From contig NC_020304.1 in the NCBI RefSeq assembly GCF_000341395.1, positions 1,590,001-1,622,000 on the forward strand: a DNA stretch of 32,000 nt. Reading direction: 5' to 3'. The notes below the pieces were generated by a model, which saw nothing but the letters and a program-made list of their open reading frames with translations, ran no database searches and was not told the origin of the DNA. Positions 1 to 8,469 of this stretch are shown in pieces. The position numbers and the translations under genes were made by a program. The stretch's first letter is position 1; each line of letters starts with the position of its first letter. The DNA comes from Desulfocapsa sulfexigens DSM 10523 (GTDB lineage Bacteria; Desulfobacterota; Desulfobulbia; Desulfobulbales; Desulfocapsaceae).

Positions 1-1
1 G

Positions 2-1306
2 CTTCCCAATCGTAATCTTCTCAATACATATTTTAATGATATCATGGCTGATTTCACGACGGGCTCCGAGAAACTTGTCCTTATGCTGATGGATCTGGAT
101 GATTTTAAAACTGTTAATGATTCACTGGGGCACTCCGTTGGCGACTCCCTCCTGCAAGCTGTAGGCGAGCGGTTAAAAGACTGTATATACCAAGAGGATA
201 TGCTTGTCAGAATGGGGGGAGATGAATTTGTCATAGTTCCACGGCATATATGTACCAATGACCATATAGAGGCCATGGCGTCCCATGTTCTGGATAGTTT
301 TATTGCACCGTTTGATCTCCAGGAGCAGGAAGTATTTATCACGGCCAGTATAGGGATAGCTGTATTTCCCGAGGATGGGGAAACATTGGAGGAACTCTTG
401 CGCAATGTTGATTCCGCCATGTATCAGTCCAAAAACAAGGGACGCAATACTGTGGAGCGCTACAGTGGGCGGTTAAGCGAGGCTTTAAACGAAAAGCTGC
501 GCTTAACAGCTATGCTGCGACGTGCCCTGGAACAGAAGGAATACCTTCTGTACTACCAGCCACAGCAGGAGCTGGCAACGGGCAAGGTAGAGTGTTTTGA
601 AGCATTATTACGTTGGCAGCCACAAAGTGAGGCGATGATTTTTCCCGATAAATTTATTCCTATTCTTGAAGAAACGGGCATGATCGTGTCTGTGGGAGAA
701 TGGGTGCTACGGGAGGTGTGTTTCCAGGTGACGTGTTGGCAAACAAAAGGTATTGCCATTCAACATGCCTCGGTGAATGTTTCACTCAGACAGTTTCAGC
801 GGCCTGATATCGTAAAAGAGTTGCTCTCTATTGTCACTGAGAGCGGCGTTGATCCTTCTATTATCTGTCTTGAGCTTACAGAGAGCATAATGATGGATAA
901 TTTCAGAGAAAACCTGCATAAATTGCAAGCATTACGAACGGCTGGGTTTTCTGTTTCTATTGACGATTTTGGCACAGGTTACTCGTCTTTAAATTATCTG
1001 CGGCGCATGCAGATTCAGGAGTTGAAGATTGACCGTTCATTTATCAATGCGTTATCAGAAGACACAACTCTGGTAAACGCCATCCTCGGTATGGCCCGAG
1101 GTCTTGGGTTGAGGATTGTGGCGGAAGGTGTGGAAACCGAGGAACAGAAAAGTTTTCTAAGAGCTCATAACTGCGAATTCATGCAAGGATACCTGCTGAG
1201 TCGTCCACTTCCGGCTGAACAATTTGAGGCCTTTATCCTTTCCCTTGGGGCTGCGACAACCGACAACCCGCAACAACTTAAAAAAAACGTTAAAATTAGC
1301 AGATGA
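2..1306 (+). CDS. GGDEF-EAL diguanylate cyclase/phosphodiesterase, 5'-truncated by the window edge
   Basis: The frame is open from base 2 (LPNRNLLNTYFNDIM...), upstream of the ATG used in the ORF track. It matches the typical N-terminal GGDEF 'LTGLPNR' segment. Intact GGDEF (RMGGDEFVIV) and EAL (FEALLRW, LTESIMMDN, DDFGTGYSSLNYL) motifs. Confidence 0.95.
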   Translation, partial: LPNRNLLNTYFNDIMADFTTGSEKLVLMLMDLDDFKTVNDSLGHSVGDSLLQAVGERLKDCIYQEDMLVRMGGDEFVIVPRHICTNDHIEAMASHVLDSFIAPFDLQEQEVFITASIGIAVFPEDGETLEELLRNVDSAMYQSKNKGRNTVERYSGRLSEALNEKLRLTAMLRRALEQKEYLLYYQPQQELATGKVECFEALLRWQPQSEAMIFPDKFIPILEETGMIVSVGEWVLREVCFQVTCWQTKGIAIQHASVNVSLRQFQRPDIVKELLSIVTESGVDPSIICLELTESIMMDNFRENLHKLQALRTAGFSVSIDDFGTGYSSLNYLRRMQIQELKIDRSFINALSEDTTLVNAILGMARGLGLRIVAEGVETEEQKSFLRAHNCEFMQGYLLSRPLPAEQFEAFILSLGAATTDNPQQLKKNVKISR

Positions 1307-1454
1307 GCGCATGTACCAAGATAAGGCGTCACGAAAAGCAGGCAAAATGGTGTTATGAGTCGGCCAAGGCTTTTACCAAAGGAAAATACATCCTGTGCCT
1401 TCTCCAGTCCACGACCTTTGGTGAATCGGGAAAAATGTCTTTGTAAGAATTTGG

Positions 1455-2858
1455 ATGATGGCTGGTAAAACGAACATAGCGTTTTCGGTGCTCTTCTTTG
1501 TTGTCCTTTTTGGGGGCACCGAGGCTGTCCAGCAGGTTGAAGCCCATCCTTTGGGCGGAGTGCTACAAAAAACCGTGCTCTCTGATCTCACTAACGCCGT
1601 TCTGATAGAATACAACACCCATATTGGATCGGAAGTGGTATTGACTTTGCATCCAGACAAAAATTTTGACGGGGCCCTGGACGAGAAAGAAACGGCTCAA
1701 TTCCTCGATCGTGTCAATTATCTTCTTCTTGGAAATATTACCTGTCGGGTGGGAAAGAGAGAACTTGCGCTCCAGGAGATGAACAGACAGCTAACCCTCG
1801 AAGATCCTGCAGATTTTAAAAACGGTCTGAACGTTCAATTTACCTGGCGTGTTTCGTTGATGGAAGACGGCAAGTTACCCAAGGGCCTTTTCAGCATTAA
1901 AGACAACAACTTCAGGGCGGGCGAGTTGAACCGACTCAATTACTTTGTGACTGTCCTGGGTGATAGCGGCCAAACGACCCTTGCCGATGAGGGACGGGAA
2001 CTGATCTGGGACCTGGCTGCCCTAAGACTGGTATCTCAGGACTCGTACCTTCCCCCCCCTTCTTTTCAGGCTGTCGGAGTAACAACCGGAACGACGAACA
2101 ATGAAGGAGAAACCGGCAAGGAAACAGACGCTCTCAAGGCTCTATTTCCTGCCTCGAATGGAAGCTACGGTCTCTACCTGCTTGGGCTGTTTTCCGCCTT
2201 TATTCTAGGATCTTTTCATGCTTTGAGTCCTGGCCATGGCAAATCCATGGTAGCGGCATATCTTTTGGGTTCGCAGGGCCGAATCATCGATGCCATAAAC
2301 TTGGGTCTTGTTGTAACGGCGACACACGTCTTCTCCGTTATTGTTCTCGGCTTACTTGCTCTGACCTTGTCACGCTATACGTTGTCGCAAAACTTTTTCC
2401 CCTGGCTCGGAGTTGCCTCAGGGGCTCTTGTCTTTCTGACCGGGTATTTTATATTGGCAAGGATGGCATTTGCCACAAGTCACCATCACGAGCACCATCA
2501 CGATAATCCTATTGAAAAAACTTATGATCATTCGCTGAAAGAGGTCGTCTCCCTGGGAATTGCAGGCGGTCTTGCTCCCTGTCCCAGTGCCATCGTAGTT
2601 CTGTTGTTTGCTATTTCCGTCAATCGTATTGCAACGGGTCTTCTGATAATTCTGAGTTTCAGCCTGGGGCTTGCTGTCGTGCTTATTCTCATCGGTATAT
2701 TGTCGGTTACTGCCTCCAGGCGTATTACAGGGTTTGGTTCCAATGTCGGCTGGATTAAGCGTCTTCCGGTCTTCAGTGCCGGTATCATCATGGTGCTTGG
2801 CGTTATTATCGGCTTGAATGCGTTGAGGCAAGCCGGTATCTTAACCTTAACCTTCTGA
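1455..2858 (+). CDS. NicO/RcnA-like nickel/cobalt transporter with N-terminal periplasmic domain
   Basis: Signal-like N-terminus; HALSPGHGKSMVAAYLLG motif; His-rich loop (HHHEHHHD); GIAGGLAPCPSAIVVLLFAIS motif; multiple hydrophobic segments. Confidence 0.88.
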   Translation: MMAGKTNIAFSVLFFVVLFGGTEAVQQVEAHPLGGVLQKTVLSDLTNAVLIEYNTHIGSEVVLTLHPDKNFDGALDEKETAQFLDRVNYLLLGNITCRVGKRELALQEMNRQLTLEDPADFKNGLNVQFTWRVSLMEDGKLPKGLFSIKDNNFRAGELNRLNYFVTVLGDSGQTTLADEGRELIWDLAALRLVSQDSYLPPPSFQAVGVTTGTTNNEGETGKETDALKALFPASNGSYGLYLLGLFSAFILGSFHALSPGHGKSMVAAYLLGSQGRIIDAINLGLVVTATHVFSVIVLGLLALTLSRYTLSQNFFPWLGVASGALVFLTGYFILARMAFATSHHHEHHHDNPIEKTYDHSLKEVVSLGIAGGLAPCPSAIVVLLFAISVNRIATGLLIILSFSLGLAVVLILIGILSVTASRRITGFGSNVGWIKRLPVFSAGIIMVLGVIIGLNALRQAGILTLTF

Positions 2859-3040
2859 GCCATCGCCAAAAGGAACGGATTGATCCTGCCCCAATTTTGT
2901 AAAGTCATAATTAAGCAAACCAAGTCTTGCTGATGCCTCGTTCTTAAAATAAACATGATTGGTATAACTCGTGCGGGGGTACTTGGGATATTGCCGTATT
3001 CCTTTGTATTCAAAAGCGCAGCTGTCGCTATTGTTTTGTT

Positions 3041-3478
3041 ATGTCGACATATTTTGTGATGTTTTATTTGTTTTTAATCGTTTTTATAGTTAATGTGATC
3101 CAAATCGAAAGCTCAGCTCATGTCAGCGTGAACCCCAGTCAGAAAGCTAAAATGGTCAAATCTTATACCGTAACCATACTTAATCATGATTTGAAGGTTT
3201 CCTGTCAACGAGGTTACAGCCTGTTGAACAATTTCCTGATAAATAATGCTCCTATCCATACAACCTGTGGTGGCCATGCTAACTGTGGATGTTGCCGGAT
3301 AAGGATTTTGGAAGGAGAAAAAGGATTAACCCAGCCAAACGAACGAGAAGTGAAACGACTCGGTAAAGATCTTATCTCACAAGGTTGGAGACTTTCATGC
3401 CAAACACACAGTTTGCGTGATATTACAGTTCACATGCCAACAAGTAATGAGTTGGATCCAGAGTGTTCAAAAAAGTAG
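3041..3478 (+). CDS. N-terminally membrane-anchored 2Fe-2S ferredoxin-domain protein
   Basis: N-terminal hydrophobic helix, then TTCGGHANCGCCRIRILEG...WRLSCQ, a plant-type/NqrF-like 2Fe-2S ligand arrangement. Confidence 0.8.
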   Translation: MSTYFVMFYLFLIVFIVNVIQIESSAHVSVNPSQKAKMVKSYTVTILNHDLKVSCQRGYSLLNNFLINNAPIHTTCGGHANCGCCRIRILEGEKGLTQPNEREVKRLGKDLISQGWRLSCQTHSLRDITVHMPTSNELDPECSKK

Positions 3479-3497
3479 CGATCAAAAGAACTGAACA

Positions 3498-3850
3498 TCA
3501 AAAGGGAATGAGCTGATCGCTCACCTCTCCCATCATCAACAGTATCACTATCAAGACCAGCCAAATTTTCAGTCTGAAAATCACCAAGAAAATCAACCTG
3601 CTCCTGTGTACCAGCATCAAGAAAACCAGCGTATATCTCAGTAGTTTTTTAATTAAGAATTGTAGCAGTCTTTTCTTTTCCCACCTTCTGCTGTCGATGA
3701 CCAGTGATAAGCTTTCCAGTTTCACATAATCCTTAAACGCAACCTGTCTACTGTTGCTCTTAAATAGTTAAGATTGCAAAGGGCTTCCTTCTGATGTCTT
3801 TCTAAAAAGTCTGTCAAAGACATTTCAGGTATGCTTTAATGAACGGATAA
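3498..3850 (-). pseudogene. Degenerate coding sequence with frameshifts, family unknown
   Basis: The minus strand shows protein-like segments in different frames (SIPEMSLTDFLERHQKEALCNLNYLRATVDRLRLRIM*, and KTTEIYAGFLDAGTQEQVDFLGDFQTENLAGLDSDTVDDGRGERSAHS) with no continuous ORF. Confidence 0.35.
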
Positions 3851-3980
3851 ACATTGTAGCAGAGAAGAAGCGCGAATAGTCTCGCATTCTGCCTCCCTGT
3901 TCACTTAAGCTTGTCAGAAATATTCAGTTTCGTGATAAGAATTTGTTGGATTTGAAAATCAATAATGGGAGCATCAACCA

Positions 3981-4988
3981 ATGCCTTCTTTAGATTTTGA
4001 AAAAGAAAAACAAAGGTTTCTCAATTACGCTAGTGACAATATCGAATTGTTACGTAACGCTGAATCGTCATTTTCGACTCTAATTAAATCACTCCTGGCC
4101 ACCTCTTCAGAACTCTCTGCATCAACCGTTACATCTCGCGTCAAAGGTCTCGAAGAATGCATCAGTAAATTTTCAAGAAAATACCAGTCAGAACTTGAAG
4201 AAGAAAAAAAAGAATATGAAATTAAAGATTATATAACTGATTTAATTGGCATAAGAATCATCTGTCTTTATGAAAAAAATATTCAAGAAATTGGAAAAAT
4301 CCTGATGGATAATTTGTGTCTAATTGATTCAACAGACAAATCTCGACTACTGGAACAAACAGAAAATTCTTTTGGCTACAAAGGCTTACATCTAGATCTA
4401 AAGCTTGATTCAACAAGAGAAATTATGCCTGAGTACCGTATTTATAAAGACATAAATTTTGAGGTACAAATACGGACAATTATACAGGATGCCTGGAGCG
4501 TTCTTGATCATAAAATTAAATATAAGAAATCAATACCACATGTGCTAAAGCGCAGGATAAACAGTCTTGCAGCTCTTTTTGAGACAGCCGACAGAGAATT
4601 TTTCAGTATTCGTGAAGAAACAGAAAAACTTGAGAAGATTACCAAGGAAAAAATCAACACCAACGAAAATGAGACATTAAACGTTTTCCATTTTGAAAAG
4701 ATTGCAGAACAGTATTTCCCTGAATTTCATTTTTCATCACGAAAAATTGATGCCCTCGTTGATGAAATATTGAATCACAAAAAAATTACGGAAGTGTATT
4801 TTAAGAAACTCATTAAACAAAATATAGAAACAGTACTTAACTACGAAGAGTTTCTTAAAGGCCAGCATCTTCTGACACCGTATACAATAATACGGCACAC
4901 CCTATACTATGGGGATAAAAAGGCATTTACTCGTATACTTTATGAGTACCAAAGAAAGGCATTTGACAAATGGCTTGAAAACCAATGA
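3981..4988 (+). CDS. Stand-alone RelA/SpoT-domain protein (putative GTP pyrophosphokinase / small alarmone synthetase-like)
   Basis: SRVKGLEECISKFSRK, DLIGIRIICLY, NSFGYKGLHLDLKLD and FEVQIRTIIQDAWSVLDHKIKYK are hallmark synthetase-domain motifs. No HD hydrolase, TGS or ACT domain. There is an extra helical C-terminal region of roughly 130 aa. Confidence 0.88.
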   Translation: MPSLDFEKEKQRFLNYASDNIELLRNAESSFSTLIKSLLATSSELSASTVTSRVKGLEECISKFSRKYQSELEEEKKEYEIKDYITDLIGIRIICLYEKNIQEIGKILMDNLCLIDSTDKSRLLEQTENSFGYKGLHLDLKLDSTREIMPEYRIYKDINFEVQIRTIIQDAWSVLDHKIKYKKSIPHVLKRRINSLAALFETADREFFSIREETEKLEKITKEKINTNENETLNVFHFEKIAEQYFPEFHFSSRKIDALVDEILNHKKITEVYFKKLIKQNIETVLNYEEFLKGQHLLTPYTIIRHTLYYGDKKAFTRILYEYQRKAFDKWLENQ

Positions 4989-5001
4989 AAAAAATCTAAT
5001 C

Positions 5002-5025
5002 GAGGGGGCTCATGCCTCTTTATTG
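5002..5025 (+). terminator. Possible rho-independent terminator after the RelA/SpoT-domain gene
   Basis: GAGGGGGC-TCAT-GCCTCTTT hairpin with G:U pairs, followed by TATT, 14 nt after the stop codon. Confidence 0.35.
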
Positions 5026-5219
5026 CAGATGGTACACTATAGTTATTGGACTGATTCGTAGCTGTGTGATGCGGTTTTGTAGATACAAAATTAGTCTCTC
5101 TTTTTCCTCCTAACTATCCTCTCAGTATGAGGCGTGACGAAAACTGTGGAGGGAGAAAGAACAGGTGGGTACTGTAATAGGTACTGCAACATTTCTCTTT
5201 TCAGATAAGGACTATAATC

Positions 5220-6158
5220 GTGCGTTATTTTCTCCTTCTCATTTTTATATCGCTTACGGCCTGTGACAGCCGTCCCCAAAATATCGCTCTGGGTACATTG
5301 GAGAGAGACCGTATTGCTCATACAGCCACAACTAATGAAATTGTGGTGGCATTGCCAGTTTTGCAGGGCAGTGAAGTGAAAAAAGGTACTCTCCTGGTAA
5401 AGCTGGATGACACCCTGCAACAGACGCAGGTCAGCAAGGCTGAAGCAGAGGTTGCTCAAGCTGAAGCGAATCTTGAAAAATTACGCAACGGCGCCCGACT
5501 GGAAGAAGTTGCGGCCGCAAGGGCTAAAGTTGAAGGGGCAAAAGCAGTGCTGGTTGAAAATGAAGCGAATTATGAACGTTCACTGAAACTGATAAAATAC
5601 AGCGTAATCAGCCAGGCCACTCTGGAAAGTGCATTGGCATCGCGTGATTCCAGCCTTGCAAGTTTGCAGAGTGCTCAGGAGGAATTGCATGAGTTAACAA
5701 GTGGTACACGCGAGGAGGACTTGCGTGCAGCCGAGGCTCGTTTGGATGCCGTTATTGCAAGCTTGGCAGGTGAAAAGAAAAAGTTAGCTGACTTAAGCGT
5801 CAGGGCTACCCGGGATGGGCTCCTTGATGATCTTCCCTGGAATCTTGGAGAACGGGTAACTGCAGGTAGTCCTCTGGCAATAGTCCTTGCAGGTAAGGCT
5901 CCTTTTGCCCGAATTTATGTTCCCGAACCTTACCGCGTAAAAGTAAAAGTCGGAGACACCTTAGTTGTACATGTTGACGGTCTTGAAAAAACACTCAATG
6001 GCAAATTGCGCTGGATTGCAACTGAACCCGCCTTTACACCTTACTACGCGCTAAATCAGGAAGAACGTTCACGTCTGATGTATTTAGCGGAAGTACAATT
6101 ACAAGACAGTGAAGCCTATCTACCTAATGGGGTGCCTGCACAAGTAGAGCTACCATGA
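5220..6158 (+). CDS. HlyD/MFP-type periplasmic adaptor lipoprotein (YbhG-like)
   Basis: Lipobox-like SLTAC, biotinyl-lipoyl-like halves and central coiled coil (SKAEAEVAQAEANLEKLRNGARLEEVAAARAKVEGA). The stop overlaps the ABC ATPase start. Confidence 0.88.
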   Translation: MRYFLLLIFISLTACDSRPQNIALGTLERDRIAHTATTNEIVVALPVLQGSEVKKGTLLVKLDDTLQQTQVSKAEAEVAQAEANLEKLRNGARLEEVAAARAKVEGAKAVLVENEANYERSLKLIKYSVISQATLESALASRDSSLASLQSAQEELHELTSGTREEDLRAAEARLDAVIASLAGEKKKLADLSVRATRDGLLDDLPWNLGERVTAGSPLAIVLAGKAPFARIYVPEPYRVKVKVGDTLVVHVDGLEKTLNGKLRWIATEPAFTPYYALNQEERSRLMYLAEVQLQDSEAYLPNGVPAQVELP

Positions 6159-7081
6159 GCGAATATGCAATAAAGGCTTCAAAGTTAAGTCGAAATTTTG
6201 GGAACCTGAAAGCAATAAAAGAGCTGGATCTCGAGGTTGAAAGAGGCCTGATTTATGGTTTTCTAGGTCCCAATGGCTGTGGTAAAACCACAGCCATTCG
6301 TTTGTTGACCGGCTTATTGAAACCCAGTTCTGGCGAAATTCAGGTTTTAGGATTGAAGCTTCCACAGGATGCAGAAAAACTCCGCCTCCATATTGGTTAT
6401 ATGACCCAGAAGTTCTCTCTCTATGATGACTTGACAGTAAAAGAAAATTTACAATTTGTCGCAAAAATATATAGTCTGTCTGGTAATTTACGAAAGAAAC
6501 GCATAGATGAACTGTTGAATATCTATGGCCTGGATCAAAGAACAAATCAGCTGGCTGGAAGTATGAGTGGTGGGCAGAAGCAACGTCTTGGCCTGGCTGC
6601 TGCTACATTGCATAAACCTGAGTTATTGTTTTTAGATGAGCCCACTTCGGCTGTTGATCCTGAAAATCGTCGTGAGTTTTGGGAGCAGTTATTTGACTTG
6701 AGTGATCAAGGTATCAGTATACTGGTTTCGACTCATTATATGGATGAAGCTGAACGTTGTCATAAATTGGCGATATTAGAGGCGGGTAATAAGCGTGCAG
6801 ATGGATCGCCAGATGAGTTAATGCGGCAGATGGGGGCACATGTCGTAGAAATAGCCTCATCAAACCTTAGGCAGCTAAAACAGGAATTGGTGATGTTGCC
6901 CGATGTGATTTCTGCTGCCCAGCTTGGAGCACAATTACGAGTTCTGGTCAAAAAAAGCATTCCAGATCCGGTGAAGTTTTTATCCCGACAAAAGAGTGTT
7001 AACCCGGAAGCAAATCTGTCCGTAGTCAGACCAAGCCTGGAAGATGTATTCGTTACCTGTACCGGCAGGGGGAGACAGTGA
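6155..7081 (+). CDS. ABC exporter ATP-binding protein (single NBD)
   Basis: Walker A GPNGCGKTT, signature AGSMSGGQKQRLGLAAA, Walker B ELLFLDEPTSAVD, H-loop STHYMDEAERC. Confidence 0.96.
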   Translation: MSEYAIKASKLSRNFGNLKAIKELDLEVERGLIYGFLGPNGCGKTTAIRLLTGLLKPSSGEIQVLGLKLPQDAEKLRLHIGYMTQKFSLYDDLTVKENLQFVAKIYSLSGNLRKKRIDELLNIYGLDQRTNQLAGSMSGGQKQRLGLAAATLHKPELLFLDEPTSAVDPENRREFWEQLFDLSDQGISILVSTHYMDEAERCHKLAILEAGNKRADGSPDELMRQMGAHVVEIASSNLRQLKQELVMLPDVISAAQLGAQLRVLVKKSIPDPVKFLSRQKSVNPEANLSVVRPSLEDVFVTCTGRGRQ

Positions 7082-8223
7082 ACGTTTTATTACGAATTTA
7101 TGCCATCTTCAGCAAAGAACTCACTCAACTTAAGCGTGATAAGATGACCTTTGGTATGGTGATAATGATCCCGTTAATACAGTTGGTTTTATTTGGGTAT
7201 GCCATTAACTCCAACATACGACATATACCTGCAGGCGTGGTGGATGACAGTAAAACCGGGTTAAGTAGAGTCTTGATTCAAACCATCAGTGCAACCCATG
7301 TGGTAAATTTTAAACAACATTATAGTAACGCTCAACAGGCAGAGGAAGCTATTGCACGTGCTGAGGTACGAGCTGTTCTGGTGATACCGAAGGATGTCAG
7401 TCAAAGATTAGTACGACATCAGGCCGTTGGTCTAGGATTGCCACCTTCGAGTGATGAAGAAACCAGTCGCCCGCTTGCACAGTGGGTGGTCGATGGGTCA
7501 GATACGACGATAGCTGCAGCTATAAAAAGCCTGCGAAATATGCCATTGGCTGAATTACTTAGCAAACCCGCAAACCGCAGTACGCCAACTTTTGAAGTGA
7601 CTCTGTTATATAACCCCGAACAACGCAGTGCAGTGAGCATTGTTCCAGGCCTTGTAGCTGTTATTTTAACGATGACCATGATTATGTTTACTTCAGCGGC
7701 CATTGTACGTGAACGTGAACGGGGCAATTTAGAAATGCTGATAACAACCCCTGTTAGGCCCGTTGAATTAATGCTTGGGAAGATTATCCCCTATATGTTT
7801 ATTGGCGCCCTGCAGGTTACGATTATTTTAACTCTTGGGAAAATTGTATTTGATGTGCCAATTAATGGAGGCCTTGGGCAGTTGGCAGGTGCTACCTTCC
7901 TGTTTATCGCCGCAAGCCTCACATTAGGATTAGTTATCTCAACAATAGCCAAAAACCAACTACAATCCACCCAAATGACGATATTTGTATTACTGCCATC
8001 AATACTTTTATCCGGTTTTGTGTTTCCCTACGAAGGTATGCCTGAATTGGCACAACATATTGCAGAAGCATTGCCTGCGACTCATTTTGTGCGCTTGATA
8101 CGTGGTGTGGTTTTACGTGATGTGCAAGTAATTGATATGACTTTTGACGTCTCTTGGCTGGCATTGTTCACATTGGCGGGTTTGGCGGTAGCATCGTTAC
8201 GATTTAAGAAGAACCTGGATTAG
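7078..8223 (+). CDS. ABC-2 type permease (YhhJ/YbhR-like)
   Basis: FSKELTQLKRDKMTFGMVIMIPLIQLVLFGYAIN, ERERGNLEMLITTPVRPVELMLGKIIPY, and FVFPYEGMPELAQHIAEALPATHFVRLIRGVVLR. Overlaps the upstream ATPase by 4 nt. Confidence 0.94.
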   Translation: MNVLLRIYAIFSKELTQLKRDKMTFGMVIMIPLIQLVLFGYAINSNIRHIPAGVVDDSKTGLSRVLIQTISATHVVNFKQHYSNAQQAEEAIARAEVRAVLVIPKDVSQRLVRHQAVGLGLPPSSDEETSRPLAQWVVDGSDTTIAAAIKSLRNMPLAELLSKPANRSTPTFEVTLLYNPEQRSAVSIVPGLVAVILTMTMIMFTSAAIVRERERGNLEMLITTPVRPVELMLGKIIPYMFIGALQVTIILTLGKIVFDVPINGGLGQLAGATFLFIAASLTLGLVISTIAKNQLQSTQMTIFVLLPSILLSGFVFPYEGMPELAQHIAEALPATHFVRLIRGVVLRDVQVIDMTFDVSWLALFTLAGLAVASLRFKKNLD

Positions 8224-8326
8224 CATATTTAAAGCGATCCAATGATTCCATATTGCTCAATCATAACCCACAAGGTTCCCCGTCGTTATCCGGATTGAAA
8301 GACACCGCCTCCTTTTTTAAGGTTTC

Positions 8327-8464
8327 ATGAAACCAGTATCCAAGGTCGCAAAGGCGAAAACGATTGCTGCAAAAAGAGCCTTTATTGTGTATCAGGAGGT
8401 AATATATTATGTTCATGGTGGAACGGAACTGAAGACTTACTACTATTGCTTACCTGAAAAATAA
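8327..8464 (+). CDS. Candidate 45-aa small ORF immediately upstream of the AOR gene
   Basis: ATG...TAA reads MKPVSKVAKAKTIAAKRAFIVYQEVIYYVHGGTELKTYYYCLPEK. It ends 5 nt before the AOR GTG start. Weak upstream AAGG; no comparative support available here. Confidence 0.25.
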   Translation: MKPVSKVAKAKTIAAKRAFIVYQEVIYYVHGGTELKTYYYCLPEK

Positions 8465-8469
8465 ATATC

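Noticed and set aside
1353-1660. Minus-strand ORFs 1353..1547 and 1373..1660
   Set aside because: They overlap the signal-peptide start of the transporter gene and each other and show no recognisable motif.
2418-3013. Long minus-strand ORFs (2418..2831 and 2528..3013) over the 3' part of the Ni/Co transporter gene
   Set aside because: Low-complexity translations antisense to a well-supported transporter gene. Only the intergenic tail (2862-3013) has protein-like content, in a different frame.
5806-5994. Minus-strand ORF inside the HlyD-like gene
   Set aside because: Antisense to a strong CDS; biased composition typical of a shadow ORF.
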